From Marsupella aquatica (taxonomy: Eukaryota; Plantae; Marchantiophyta): a stretch of 64,000 nucleotides of DNA. Under the pieces are notes generated by a model. It worked only from the letters and a program-made list of their open reading frames with translations. It did not search any database and was not told the DNA's origin. The position numbers and the translations under genes were made by a program. Location of the stretch: NCBI GenBank assembly GCA_973895155.1, contig OZ316898.1, positions 14,848,330-14,912,329 of the forward strand. The letters are read 5' to 3'. Every line of letters starts with the position of its first letter. Within the stretch, counting starts at the first letter, position 1. Below, piece after piece: positions 50,386 to 64,000 of this stretch.

Positions 50386-51449
50386 TATTATTGCAAATAC
50401 AAACCTTTGAAATGGAAATTAATTGCAAAAGCCATGCCCATTGTTAATATGCTTGGATGGACTCTTTAAACCTGAATAGATGGCATCCAAAAGGGCATCC
50501 AAACATTGAATTATTTACTTGCATAACATGGTCTACATTAGAAAAATTACATTGATGTGTAAATTGAAATATAACTATTCACAGTGATTCATCATCTTTA
50601 GGCTTGATTTCTATGTAATTGCTCTACACCTCAAGACCCACTTTGCTTGCTAGTAAGTTAGAGTATTGAATCCCTTTCCAGCAAACTAATTTTGAGTTAA
50701 TTTTATTAGACTAGCCTAAGTGCCCATTATTTGAACATATACAAAGATGAGATATTCAAGCGCGCCATGCCATCCCGCTTGCCATATGCAGACACTCACC
50801 CTGCCCCCATCCCCAATTCTACTTGTACCCCAGACTTCAGTTACGCCTAGAGTGTTGGTCTGGAGGCTTCAGTCTAGACCATAGACCCTGATGAGTACTT
50901 TTTGATTGCGAGTGGATAGTTAGATTTGGAAATGGTATAATTGCCAGAAGCAAGACAGGGCAAGATGTCTGTGACTGGTCTGAAGGTAATTGTAACTTGC
51001 AAGCAAACAGGACAATTCCTGTTATGGGAAAAAAATTTCCTGCTGGCAAGCTGGGTCCCTAGCTAGCTAAAACCTGGCTGTTGAAACTCAATTATGGGAC
51101 TGAATTTGGTGCCTCCCCACTGCAAGGAGGTACTTTCTTGAAGTGTGTGTATGGATTGCTTTGAGATTTTTGAGATTATTTTTGAGTTCCATGAATTTTG
51201 GGGGTGTCAGACACTTCCACTCCCAATGGAAGGACGTAGGTTCCATGGGGACCGGGTTCATCTAATGGGTTCCAGTCCATCCAATTGCGTGCTTCATCCC
51301 AATTGCGTGCTTCACTGGTCCCTCAACTTCATAAAAGCACCCTTGCTCACCATTATAAATTATTCACAACATACCGTGTTACCGCAAAAAGGATCTTTTG
51401 AAAAGAACAATGCCCCGACAAAACCCCACAGAAGAAAATTCCGTTACTT

Positions 51450-54400
51450 AACCAAGGAGTGCAATTCCTCGTGGAAATGTTTCGTCAGCATTCAGTCCAG
51501 TACGCCACACAGTCATCAGGTCTCCGTTTCATTCGTGCCAAAAAACTTGAGTCAAGCAGTCTCGAGTCAGTCTTTGGCTCAACTGTAGATTATTTTCAAC
51601 TCAAACGACTGCGTCCAACTTACGGTTGCGCAATACGTCCTGGGTTCTGACTTCGTCACTCCACTCTCGTCTCGCTAAGTCTTCAGCAGACTTTTGGATT
51701 TCATGGAAATAATTGTTTAATAATCTGGCAAGTTTTCGGTTGACATCGGGAGAGCAATATCGGGATTGTAATGATAATCGCGCGCTTCCATTGTAGACTG
51801 TAATACGATCAGTCATACACATACACATATTCATGGAGATTGTCTGTCAGTGAGAGTTTCAGGAGAGCACGCTGGTCTCGTGTTGATCAGGGTTGTCCCC
51901 TCTCCTGTGACCGAGACCCCTCTTCTAAGTAGGCTGACAATCCGTTCGCCAGATTGATCAGTCTTTCGTTGATTGCGAGTCTCTTGATCGATTACTGGCA
52001 GATTGCGCCATTCGGTCTTTTCTTTAACTGTTCAATGCGTGCTCTGCACTATTCTCAGCCAGGAATGAGTTGGCATGATGCCGACCGACCGGACCGGACC
52101 GTCGTGATCATCAGTCAAGAGCCAATTAATCATCCTTGCAGTAGACTGTTTGATGGGACATCCACTGAAAGGTGACCATGTTATGACATGAGGTAAACCA
52201 AACTCTCAAGTTTCAAGACTTCATCACAATTTTGCGCTGCTGGATGGTAAGTAATATGTCTGAATTACAAGATTCCCAATTATGGTTGGTTCAAGGTGGA
52301 AAGTCAGAGGAAATTATCATCACTCCTGATGTCCTCCATGTTAGTCGGACGCAGATTACAAGATTTCGTCTGTAATGTGCAATGAGTCTATCATACGTTT
52401 GAATCTCGGGGATGTTCAGTGGACAGAGGTTTATAAAATCTTGAATTATGATTACTTGGAGGTGTAAATTGTTTAAGAATTTGTTATCATTTCGGACCGT
52501 TTGGAACTTTAAGTACAATTGGAATGATAAGGTCCCGCACTAGGTTGCTTGCACAGGTGTTATGTTGAAATGATGATGACCATCCCGCGGCGGACAAAGG
52601 TGTCTAAGGACTTCTTGTCCTGACTGTTGTGTTGGCATGTCGTTTGTTTGGGTCTCGACAAGGAAGAGCGAAATTGAAGCACGGAGGTCTGGGCCTGCTC
52701 TGTATGGCCTGCTAGATATGGTTTTACGAGATGATTCGGGAGCTGAGATTTCCTTGCAGGCGAACAGTGCACACATTATTGTCATCTTGAGCAGTGGCGA
52801 AGTTGGGTCGTACTTCCCGTTTCTTCGAGACACAATGCTGAAGCAGCACTGCCTACGGACAAACTTGCGAAAGAGGAATCCAGTGGTGCTTTTCTGCAAC
52901 GATAGACGTAGTTCTGGCTTTGTCGGAACCGGTAATTGATTTGTTGTTAGGTGTGATATGAATTTTATGTTGGGAACCCTAAACCCTGAACCCCAAAGCG
53001 TTCAGAAACGTCTCCATCGCTTTGCTTTCCAAAGAATTGGATATGTTTGACAGCAAATTCCAGGTTTAGCCGGAATCCTTCTGTTATTGTTCCAGCCCTC
53101 CAAGATAATTAGAAGGAAATCGCAGTTATGGAAACGAAACAGGACACTGACAATACCTGGAATGGGATGTATCACATATACCTGGGACGATGACAGATGG
53201 AGAATGTAATAGAAGAACTTGTTGTCGTTTTACACTAGATCACTTGAAACCTAAGTCTGAGAATTGACAACAATTAGATCGATCCTCTGAGCTTGAAAAC
53301 CTTCACTAGATAGTCAGTCTCTGGAAAGCCAGAGCAACTTGGAGTGCAACAAATTAGAGGTTTCTGGACATTGTAGTTAGTAACGAGAATTTTCTCTAAT
53401 TCTCGAGATCAGTACACTTTGAGATCCAGAAAAATCGAGAGAAAAATAATGTAAGGCTGAAATTTTGATAATAACTAATCTTAAACAAGAAATTGTGATA
53501 AGGAAGAAGCTTAACTTACAGTGAGTTGATTGCAAACATGAAACAGATGAGAAATCAAACTAACACTCATACGGGGTCAACCTTGACTTAATTGTCTTTA
53601 ATTGCCTCCTAACTGCACAACATGATCCATTAAAGATTCTATATGGTGGCTATGTACATTGTGCAATCTACATGCCTCCCGCCCTCACTGTCATAGGCAG
53701 TAATTGTGATAGGTGACAGGAATTCGGCCGTGGTACCCGCCCAGCACTACTGTACGATGACCAGGTCATGGTGATTGAGAATTACTGTGGAACGATTTGC
53801 ATGAGCGATCACTTAGACAGCAAAACGTCGCTGATGTTATTCTTATGTCCATGTCACTTCTTGTCCGAGAATCTCCAGCCTGGAAAATGATCTGAATCGC
53901 CAACCTTATTTTGTTTTGCATTTATCTATTGTTACTTCGTTATGAAAAGCATTCCAGGCAATCTTGCTTGCACGCAACGTCAAGTACAGAGATATCTGTG
54001 ATCTCACCTCTCACATTAATATCGATCGAATTTTAAGAAGAGGGCTACACCTATACAAGGAAGTTTGTGAATAATCGAGGGTACGAAAACACTAAAAAAC
54101 TCATATTTTAAATCGCGTCCTTGGTATGACATATTCTCATCATCGTAATTGTAAGCATATGGTTGGATCTGACCAAGCAAAACAGCAATGGTGGAGTAGA
54201 TTTTGGCAGGGTACTAGGGCAAAGACTAATAAATTGTCGTTTGTTTTGCAGCACTTTCTCCGAGTCATGGACAAGTCCGAGAGTGCGAAATTTGTTGACT
54301 CGCACATTCCAATGCAGCACGGTGTGGGTTTTCCAGTTTTTTACCATGGCGTGTTTACGAATTTCATGTCTTGTCATTGAGCGTAAGTAATACTTCACCG

Positions 54401-55250
54401 CTATGTTACCGTGGTTTGATCACGATTGATAAGTGGGCACGTCTAGATTGGAATTTATCATTGACCTCCGGCCCATCGATACTTTTAAGGGTACTTCTGT
54501 TACACTAACAAGTAAATTATCTCAAAGTTTGGTGTTCATATATGGTGGATAGTCTTTTGCAAGGTTTGGGCGCCGAATAATTTCGTTCCTGATCACGGAA
54601 TTCTGTTAATTGTTTGTTTCTTAGCCTTAGCCAAGCCTTACAGACCTTTCTTATATGGCCACAGCACACGGACAGAGTAGAAGCTCTTTCCCTGGACAGA
54701 CACCTCCTGCCTGTGGGCATAAGAAAAATCTTTTCACTACAGCAACATCTTTGGAACGGAGGTGACTCGCCTTCGAAAGAATTCCGGGCAAAATGATAGA
54801 ACGAATTCGAACCTTGTCGACGGTAGATATCAGACGGTGAACAAATACGACTATGTAGAAACTCCTAGAAGCAGCTTGAGCCACAGAGAAATTAGTTTGG
54901 CCCGAGTTAAAAAAAACCAAGTGTGCCCCAACGTCTATCATTTGCAGCATTTAATCACTCCCGTGAGTATATTTGAAAGTGAACGAGTACAGCTATGTAG
55001 AAACTCCTAAAACCGGCTGGAGCCACAGAGAAAAATAGTTTGGCCCTGAGCAGAAATTTCAGGTGTGCCCCCATCGATCATTTGTAGCATTTCAGGTGTG
55101 CCCCCATCGATCACTCTGCTATATATTAGACGGTGAACAAATACAACGACGTAGAAATTTTAAAAACACAATGGAGATAGAGAAAACAGTTTGGCCCTGA
55201 GTACAAATGTCAGGTGTGCTCCAACGTCTATCATCTACAGCATTTAATCA
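51450..55250 (+). pseudogene. Decayed NLR relic, probable TIR-NB-ARC-LRR with a possible N-terminal kinase
   Basis: TIR-like SFV...LLD...EI...NSAHIIVILS...PVVLF (52637-52939). P-loop-like TLTIPGMGCIT (53144-53176). WARLDWN...PSILLRVLLLH (54428-54505), LLPVGIRKIFSLQ, IERIRTLSTVDIRR, and ~150-bp LRR-like repeats at 54830-55250. Weak kinase-like words upstream (HIFME, IDYWQIA...MRALHY...WHD, ADYKISSVMCNE). Confidence 0.45.
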
Positions 55251-57425
55251 GTCACGGCGGAGCAACGTAGCTTTGGGGTAGTTCATGATGAAGAGCCAGA
55301 GCGGGGCTAAACTCAAGCTGGTCCGTGAATCTATGTCTATTTGTATGGTCATCACAAGCTTTTATCGAATTGTTTGAGAATTTGTTTTTCCGTCTTGCAG
55401 CGCTAGTAAAGTTAGTCTCGATGCCAATTACTTGTTGGGCACAGATGACCAGTGTAGAGCAAACATCACGTTTAAAGGAGGAAGATGGCACGGACAAAAG
55501 TGCAAGATACGTTGATTGTATGACATCCATAGCTCTGTATCCCAGTGGTCAGTACTGTGCGAACAAAAGGATTTGAGCTATGTATGTGGAAAGGGATCTG
55601 GCCATTATTTCCCAAATCACAGGAAACTTACGGATAATCCCAAGTTGGGGTGCAAGCGCTGAAGACATTATGCTCAAGCTCTATTGCTCCCACAAACATG
55701 AAACTCCCAATCAAAAAAGCACGGATGTTGGGCAGCGCTCAAGTTAAAGACCGAAGATGATAGAGCAAGGCATCAAGCAACCCATATCAAATACCTTCTT
55801 TTCAAACATATTCTGCTTTATTCCCCAATTTGTTGCTACTGATCAGAACATGTTCTTCAAATCCTCTTTATTCTTCACTTGTTGCTATCCAGAAGTCATG
55901 ATGTTCGTCAATACGGCATGGTTGCCGTGGTAAAAGCCAGATAACTGAGGCGCCTGGGCAAACGTGGATACTGCTAGTATATGGGACACCAGCCACTAGA
56001 AGGTTCTTCAAACCGCAAGATTGCTGGGATCCGTTCATTGATTTCTGAAACTAATTATGGCATATATATGAGTTGGTACGGTTTTGTGTTGATGGAAGTC
56101 CTGGATCGAACAGTGTGACGCTTGCGGTAATTATAAATAGAGACTGTACTTCAGAACAGAATCCAGTGAGCGCATAAATTCGCGATATTAAGATTTCGTA
56201 TCTCGTTTTGTGTAGATCTCTCTACAGTTGAGAAATTCGAAAGTCCGAGACTCCGTCAATGAGAAAGCTTTGGAACAATTTTCTAAGCGCTGACAAGGAT
56301 AGACCGTATGCCTTAAGAAGTGGCATGGTTCTGGTAGGTTCTTGCCAACTCAGCAGATGTAAAGCAAAACAGAGATATGGAGCCAGATGACTTTTCAAAC
56401 TTCAAAACCATCTAGCGAACATCAGCTTTTCGTTGCTAAGAGTTCGGTTCCAAAGTCATAGTCCTCTGCGAGATAATTAGGACTCCTTCAACAATCAAAT
56501 GAATCCTTCAATGTTATCTGTCCTGTATGTTCAAATTCTTGTCGATTAGAAATTGATCTACATCTTGGACATAACCTTCCCAACAACGTAAGAACCGATC
56601 AGCTTGAATGGTCTAACAGCTGAAAGGATTAATGATCTGACGCCTTGGAGATGCTTGGGTCTGAGGAATGCATAGTGTAAACGCACGGTCTCTAGGTTAG
56701 GACGCAAACGAGGATTCAATTGCTCAATCCTAGACCCAAGGATGTTCGCTTGATTAGGACACAAAATACGATTTCAATCCACCGGTTACCTCGGTTCTGT
56801 TAACATCAATCCTCGAATAGAACACATGTTTTCAATTCTAGGATTCATTCTAGTATTGGTCTAGGATTGGGCCATGAATTAAGGGAAAGGCGACAGTTCC
56901 CATCTAGCATGATGAACTCACGAAGTCATGAGTCAAGGAAACAAATCTGAATTCTGACGAGCAGTTTTGACCTTGGAAGAATTCTCGAGTACCATCCCAA
57001 GAAATCGACCTTGTTTTCACATCCAGAATGTGTCGCTAAAACAATTACAACGCCGATTTAATTAAGATTCACTCTTTCAGTTGTTCTTAGATTACTGTTT
57101 CAGTGAAGTGGCTTGACTGATTCTCGTCTTCTCTGGCGCGAGACGCCAAGGACAGGTCTGAACTCCATGCGCCCACACCCAAGACTAGGTCAATTAAACA
57201 TCGAAAGGATTGAGGAGAGATGCACCGACAGAGGATTGATGGACTCTGGCCACCGCAAAGCAATCAGTGTAGTAGAATCTACTGTAGTAAGTCAAGATTG
57301 GAAACAGCGATCACCAGATGGGCTACACTGTGATAGGTATAGAAAAGTAATCCACTAAAAGCGATCACCAGATGTATCTACACTGTCTCAAAAAAGCGAT
57401 ACGCGGGTCATATTACAAACGGTAA

Positions 57426-57794
57426 GAGCATCTCCAACCGATGTTTACCCAATCCACGGACTAAAATGCAAACAGTAATCTCCGAGTCGTTGATACTCGC
57501 TCATTGTGACGCTATGGGATTTTCAGGCAGTGGGTGTCTTGCTACTAGATCTGTATCTGGAAGACAAAATAATAATAATATATATATTTACAGTTTTTCT
57601 ATTGGGTTTTCAAGATTGTTATCTATGGTGGTGTGGAGCTGATTTCTAGGGTACAGAAAAGTAATAATACACTAAAAGTTTGGGCTCAGTTTCAATTGAC
57701 AATGAATGGTACTTAAAGTAAACTAAAAAGAGAGTGTTGTCAAACTGGGTATTTAGTCTTTACATTAACCAAACCCACTAACCAATGGATGCTC
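57426..57794. mobile_element. Tourist-like (PIF/Harbinger) MITE
   Basis: TAA|GAGCATCTCCAA ... TGGATGCTC|TAA: typical TIR start and 3-bp TAA TSD. Confidence 0.7.
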
Positions 57795-58784
57795 TAAGGA
57801 CTTTGGACTACCTCAGAAGGGAATGAGGGAATTTGAACCTAGACCCACTCAAATAGTTTTAATTTTGTTTTGAAAGGAAATGGAGAAGGCCACCATGAAG
57901 CCCAAAGAAGGACTTTAACCTGCCCCCGGGCTCCTCCTGCAGATTGAGGACCTGGACCAGGCCTTTCCAATAGTGGGCCGTCAGAAATTCTTAAGAGGTA
58001 GCAACACCATAGCAGAGTTTTCCAGGTCCGCCTCGGCTTGCTCAATGTTTTGGCTCCGAGCACCACCAAGGCTGCAGAATGTTAATTTTTGGTAAAACCC
58101 AATATTTGATTGGATGACAAAATAAACTACGGGCAGAGCTGAAATGGGCTTGGTGTGATCTTAATTTCAATTTCCTACTTAAAACATTGGGCCTCCCCAA
58201 CACTCAATACCATATACTCAAAAATCAGTTTCTCATTACTGTAATTTTCACTTAAGCACTTTTACTTAGGTACCTAGAGCAAAGTTAGAACCAGAACCAA
58301 GCTAGGTAGCTTCTTCAACTATTAAGTAACACATTCTAAATAAAGTGTGAAACTCTTGTGTTTCTCTGAAACAAATGACTAAAGAAAAGTGCTCTAGAGT
58401 AAACGGTAGTTTGTGAGAAGTTTTTGTTGGGTATATTAGATTGAGTGTTTAAAATGGTGCAAAAACTCACAATACTTGTCACTAGGTACAGTAGCTTGAA
58501 CTTCACATATCATACCTTTCAAAGTGATTTGATTTGATTTCCGTTTAAGAATTTTGGGTTGATGGTCCACTGAGAATTTGCAAGGTTTCTGGCACCCCAG
58601 TCAAACATTGGCTCCCTGTATAGTGGAGTCAGACCAGACGTTGATGGTCCTTTAAGAATTTCTGATGACCCACCATTGGAAGGGCAATAGGGCATCGTCA
58701 AGTCCTCAGTCCATGATTGAGGTCTACCAAGTAGTGAAAACGTGGGAGGGGATTGGTATGTACTTCTTGGTCATTAAGCCCAGT

Positions 58785-58968
58785 GCATATCCCAACAGTG
58801 ACAAAGGGAAAAAGTATGAATATATCATCAAAGTTCGGCTATTCTTGTGTATTGTATTTTTAGGAAAAGAAAATTTAAATAAACAAGCATATCCCAACAG
58901 TGACAACGGAAGAATGAATATATCATCAAAGTTGGGCTATTCTTGTGTATTGTATTTTTAGGAAATAA
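58785..58968. repeat. Two-copy tandem duplication, ~103 bp
   Basis: GCATATCCCAACAGTGACAA...ATGAATATATCATCAAAGTT...GGCTATTCTTGTGTATTGTATTTTTAGGAAA occurs twice. Confidence 0.85.
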
Positions 58969-61259
58969 AAGAATGAAATAAATAACTCTTGATTCTGAGA
59001 GAAAAATTGTTGAGATGAGAAAAAGATTTTGAGGAGAGACAGTATGTCCAGGAGAGCAAAAAATTTCAAGGTGAAAAAAATTGTCGAGGTGATAAAAGAT
59101 GTCAGGATGGAAAAGATATCGAGATAAGACAAAATATCAAGGAGAGAAAAAGATATTGAGATGAGAAAAAGATTTTGAACATAGTTTGAGTAGAGAAAAG
59201 ATGTAGAGGTGAGCAAAAGATGTCAAGGCGAGAGAGACAATTTTAGATGTATGTTGAGTTGAGGCAAAGATGTTGGGGTGAGGTGAACATGTTGAGGCGA
59301 GGCAAAGAAAAGTGCAAGTGAGTCAAATAAATGTAGACAATGTAAAGAAATGCAAGCAAGGCAAGGCAAGAAAGTTGCGACCGTGTTGTCAATATGGCAA
59401 TGCAGTCACTCCGGTCATGAGGGTGTTGCGGCTATGCCATTCTTGTGGCCATGTTGTTGCCAAGCCCAATGCCAAAACATTGCTTAGGTACATTGAGCTA
59501 AGGTAAACTGAAAATATTGGATTTGCCATAATTCTTTCTTGCCCATTTCATCTTGGCAATGCAAGAATGTTGTTCAAAATGGAACATGAAATTATGTAAT
59601 GATTATCAAATAATTCAATTCAAGTCAACACAAAAATATGTGATAAGGCTCAAATGGGTGGGAGAGTACATGAGCAAGAGTTAGGCAAGAAATCTTTATT
59701 GTTCATGATACAAAAGATGAAACAAAAGGGCGTGCAAATGGGGGTAAAGCGCTGGGCTCTTGACTGGAGAAAGAATTAGGGCAAAAGTGAGGTTAATAGT
59801 CAGAGATGAGGGGGAATGTCAAGCAAGATAGGTCTTGTGGAGAAAAAATGTTGGGAGCTTGACCTTATTGGCCTTCATTAAAGATACATTATTTGAATTT
59901 TATTTTTTACAGAATGCTGAATGTTTAGATGGAAGAAAAATTTCTGGGACCATTTTTCTACAAAAGGTAAAACAAATAAACAGAATAAAACATGTAAAAA
60001 CAGTTGACTTCACTTTTGCATTTTAAGTTTATTTTGGAAAAAGATGTTGTTATTGTTGTAAAAGTTATGTTGTTGGGGAGAGCAAGGATGTGGGAGGGTG
60101 AGAGGGAGCGCAAGAGTGATGATGGCCCCAAGTGCTTTGCGGAGTCATGGTGTGGTTGCACAATACTATTGGGAGGGGAACATTTAATTTTTTTCTCTTC
60201 CCCTTTTTCCTATTTCTTCACTCCTTTGCCACTCCATTCCTCCCCACTTTTCTTACCTTGGCAGCATTAAATAAACAAAAAAATGCACAATCAAATACAG
60301 AGAAGAAGAAAAGGGAGTGAAAAACAGAATTAACCCATTTTCCTTCCTTCTAGAGCCTCATACTCGCTCTATGTAAAAATCCAAAAATTTTCACATGCCC
60401 CAAGAGATTCTCCTTCCAAAGCCTTGAAGAAAAAGACATATTGGAGGTGATGTATAAATATCATCTCACATAAGATGTTATCATCTCATATTCTGTATTT
60501 TACTATTAATATAAGTATTTCATTTGACATACCTGATACTCAATCAATCCAAGAGCACAAAAATCTTTACAACAATCTGACACCGTTCAGGTTTTTTCCC
60601 TCCATTTAATGAACTTGTAAGCAGACTTTTAGGCATATTATAGAAGTAGATGCCCTGCAAAGATCCCAAAGGGTAAAATCACAAAAGTCAATTGAGTACT
60701 CTTGCTCACTGTACTATGAGGTGGCCTTACAAACCGGGGGGGGGGGGGGGGGGTGTGGTTGGACATTCGATTCCTTATGAGATCAAAAGTGTACCATATA
60801 ATCAGTGAAAAGGCTGCAGTTCACGTTACATCAACTGGGAGGTCAGAGGTCTTCACGTTACATCAACTGGGAGGTCAGAGGTCAGGTATCTACATGGCAA
60901 GTAGTGGGCCAAGGAAATGCTTATATTGTGTCTCTCTTTATGGACGCCACTAGAGGTCTCTTCCAAAATTCGAGACTCCAGAGCGTGTCATGTCATCATG
61001 ACACACTCCAAACAGGTATGGATTAGTTTATAAAATAAAACATTTCACCGTTTGTGTTTGTGACAGAATTTTGGTAAAATTGAGGACGCCATGCCATAAA
61101 CCTTGATATAAAAATGTTTGAAAAATAACCTTTTTATTTACCCTAGGTAACAGACTGTTCAATTAGTAGGAGGCCCACCTTCTGTGTTTTTTACCCTGAG
61201 CAACCGCTGCCCACCCACATTCTGAATTATATTTCAATTGAATAATAACTAACTCTCTC

Positions 61260-61630
61260 TCGGCAAGTTGATCTGATGACAAAGTAATCGTGGCAATTTT
61301 CTCGACCTTCTGCTGCCACGAAGGAAGAAGTGGACATGATTCTATGTTGGATCACTCAGCACTCCTTTCCATGGCGTCATCATTGCAGTTCCTAACTCGG
61401 TGATGCCTCTCGCTACTGTTAGATTATCCAAAGCATGAGGCACGAGCGAACGAAGAGAAGCAAGCTTAGCAGAGTTCAGTAAGGGCCTTGTTTACGTGCA
61501 GATGGTGTTGAAGAGCCTGGGCATGAAAGAAGGACATAGTTATAAGAAGTGTCAGCAGATGATCAAGGAAGTCTATGCAGACTGTAATGGGAAGGTGGAC
61601 TTTCAGGAGTTCAAAGGGTCCACAAACTAA
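61260..61630 (+). pseudogene. Calmodulin-like (CML) EF-hand pseudogene
   Basis: 61451-61630 reads RREASLAEFSKGLVYVQMVLKSLGMKEGHSYKKCQQMIKEVYADCNGKVDFQEFKGSTN*. This is a plant CML terminal EF-hand with the preceding loop deleted. An upstream ATKEEVDM fragment is present. Confidence 0.75.
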
Positions 61631-63463
61631 TTAGAACAACAACAGGCTCTCCATTTTACTTTGGTTGGAAAGTGCCCCCAAGTCTTACAAAGCATAGGGG
61701 GGGGGGGGGGGCAAAGTGGGAATGCCTGGACATAGACTATTTTATACTCAACCTACAGGACCATCTATGAACTCAGAGAATTAGTTTGTCCATGCCATTT
61801 ATTAATTTTCAAGATCATCTCGTAGTCTCTTGGAAACGCGGAACTGCAAACTTCCTGATAAGAAGATGCCGTGAATCCAGTCACTTTTCATATTTCAGGT
61901 GAACTTGTGAGGAATTTTGAGATAGAGCGGAACAACAGGTTTCATGCAAGTCAAACACGAGAACGATCAGAATCTGACGTTTTCACACTAGTTGTTGGCT
62001 GAACTTAAAGTTAAGTTTTGTGGTGGGAGCCCAAAATGGCTCCAAACTTTTTTTCTGCGCATAGGTTTTCTCCACATATGCTTTCTCCACATAAGTATAG
62101 AGGCACACAAATATACTTTAGTCACAATATATTCATTCTAATTTCTAACACTCTTTAGTTTGTATGGAGTACTCAAGATCAAGACAAATTGGAGTACACA
62201 GACTATATTGTATTCAACACAAATGAAAGTACATTAAATGTTCCCCCCTCAATGTACATGTGTACTTGATTCTCTCACCATTTAATGTCTTTGTCTTTTA
62301 GTTATCAGAATTTTTTAATGCTTTTATATATCTCCCTTTGGGACCAAAGTCACCTTGAAAAGGTACGACTCTTAAAAGGGTTCCTTTTTGTTTTTGGGTG
62401 AAATTGGTCACCTCGAAAAGAGTTTTAAAGGGGCTTTTTTTTTATAGAAAAAACGATGAGTAAGGAGCATGCCCTATGGTTGATCTCATTATTTTATTTT
62501 CTTTGAGAATTAAAACAGATAGAGAATCAAGGGTATTTTAAAGAATGGGAAAATAAAAAAGACAAAAAGAGACATTTTTATTTTTTGGCCCGGATGGAGG
62601 ATTACTTTAAGGGGAGAAATAATAAGGGTTTAAAGAATTTTTTCTTTAATTGCTGAGAGGTTTAAGGGTATTTAAGGGAGAGATTTTCAAAATGGTCTTT
62701 GTTTATATTTTTTTCTTGCTAGAGGGGGCAGACACTAGTTGAGTGTATCGAACAAGCTAACCCCTATTCTATCTTAGAAGTGGGGAGCGATGGATGGTTT
62801 AAGGGTCTTTTAAGGGGAGGAACAATAAAGACAAAGAATGGAGAGATTTCAGGTTTTATAAATCTTTCCTTTTTCTTGCAAGAGGGGAGTCAACATCAAA
62901 ACAAAAAATGTGTTTTTATTCCTTTTGTGGACTTCTCACTCATTTTTCAACATAGATATAGATTTTTATTTGAGTAATTCTAGAAGAATGGGTGGGTGTG
63001 CTTTTAATTAGGTTAGGTATGATATTAATTAGTCATTAATGAATTTAGGTATGACATTAATTAGGAACTTAGAGATGATTAGCATAAAAAGGAGAGTCTC
63101 TCAGTTCATTCTTCTCATTCTCTTCTCTTCTCCTCTCATTGCTTATTCTTTTGCCTTTTTTGGCCAAAGTGACCTCATAGGCATTTGCTGGGGCAAGGGG
63201 CGCCATAAGCGTTGCTTGCAACCTACCATTTGCCTAGGTGGTCGTGGAGGGACGCGCTCGATCATTAGGGTCGTTCATAGGTAGTTTTCTATCGTATTCT
63301 CTTGGACTAGTGTGAGTTTGCTCTAGCCGGTGGTAGCAATGACCTAGTCATTTGCTACAGACCTGCCTATGACTTAATCTAGTACATTTGGCGGGACATT
63401 TGGATGCAACTCTTTTTTGTTGGAGATATACTTTGGCTTTGTGTTGTCATCGATGGAGTGTTC

Positions 63464-63602
63464 TCGATGCATACAATGCTTGTTGCTTGAGAAGTATTTT
63501 GCCTACGAGCGTGTTCATCCTTTAGATGCTGGTCGATGCATACAATGCTTGTTGCTTGAGAAATATTTTGCCGACGAGCGTGTTCATCCTTCAGATGCTG
63601 GT
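63464..63602. repeat. Two-copy tandem duplication, 69 bp
   Basis: TCGATGCATACAATGCTTGTTGCTTGAGAARTATTTTGCC...AGATGCTGG occurs twice. Confidence 0.9.
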
Positions 63603-64000
63603 TTGTATATACATCAACGAAAGGTTGATGATGAGAGGAGAAAAAGATTAAATTCTTTATGATTTATTTCAGATTAGGTGGTGGACGATTTAGGGTTAAT
63701 TTAGGTTAGTCTTTTAGATACATTTAGGTTTTGATACATTTTTTTCTCTTATCAAATAAAAATTACATGTATGAATTCTATTTCAAACTTATATTATTTT
63801 GAGGTATCATATTATAATGAATAATCTTTTCCTTGTATTTATTAATTTTTCTCAAATTTAAATGCAACCCCAACTTATCATGTTTTTGTACTATTGCAAG
63901 TCAAATTTGGGTCAAAGCATTTCAGGACCCGAGTTTTGAACCTGAGACCTCCCCCTCACGAGAGTGATCACTATACTAATGAAACATTCATGTATTGGTG

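Noticed and set aside
60736-60753. Long G runs (also 61697-61711, and C runs near 29150)
   Set aside because: Simple homopolymers, with lengths unreliable in sequencing.
63238-63256. GGTCGTGGAGGGACGC match to 644-659
   Set aside because: Only a 16-bp match with no extension. Not enough to call paired LTRs spanning the window.
63925-63990. tRNA gene on the minus strand (GGTTCAAAAC)
   Set aside because: Only a B-box-like word; at most a decayed SINE head.

Overview
Eukaryotic, repeat-rich, gene-poor DNA. It most likely comes from a non-seed land plant, inferred from plant-type ubiquitin, a CML-type EF-hand relic, TIR-NLR relics and the transposon families. The only clearly intact host ORF is a tri-ubiquitin (16733-17467, -). 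It sits inside a heavily decayed TIR-NB-ARC-LRR gene. Mobile elements: (i) a near-complete CRE-clade (RT + restriction-like endonuclease) non-LTR retrotransposon with a 197-bp tandem monomer array at its 5' end, plus two fragments of an older copy that look separated by a ~15-kb inversion; (ii) a decayed intron-containing P-element/THAP9-type DDE transposase with zinc fingers and an AT-hook, lying beside an EDM2-like PHD-finger cluster and interrupted by a solo LTR with a perfect 5-bp TSD; (iii) a 3.8-kb TG...CA element with a decayed coiled-coil ORF, two small solo LTRs and MITEs. A second NLR relic (possibly kinase-TIR-NB-LRR) and a calmodulin-like pseudogene lie in the right part. No rRNA, real tRNA or CRISPR array was found. 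All family assignments come from motif recognition by eye, without database searches.
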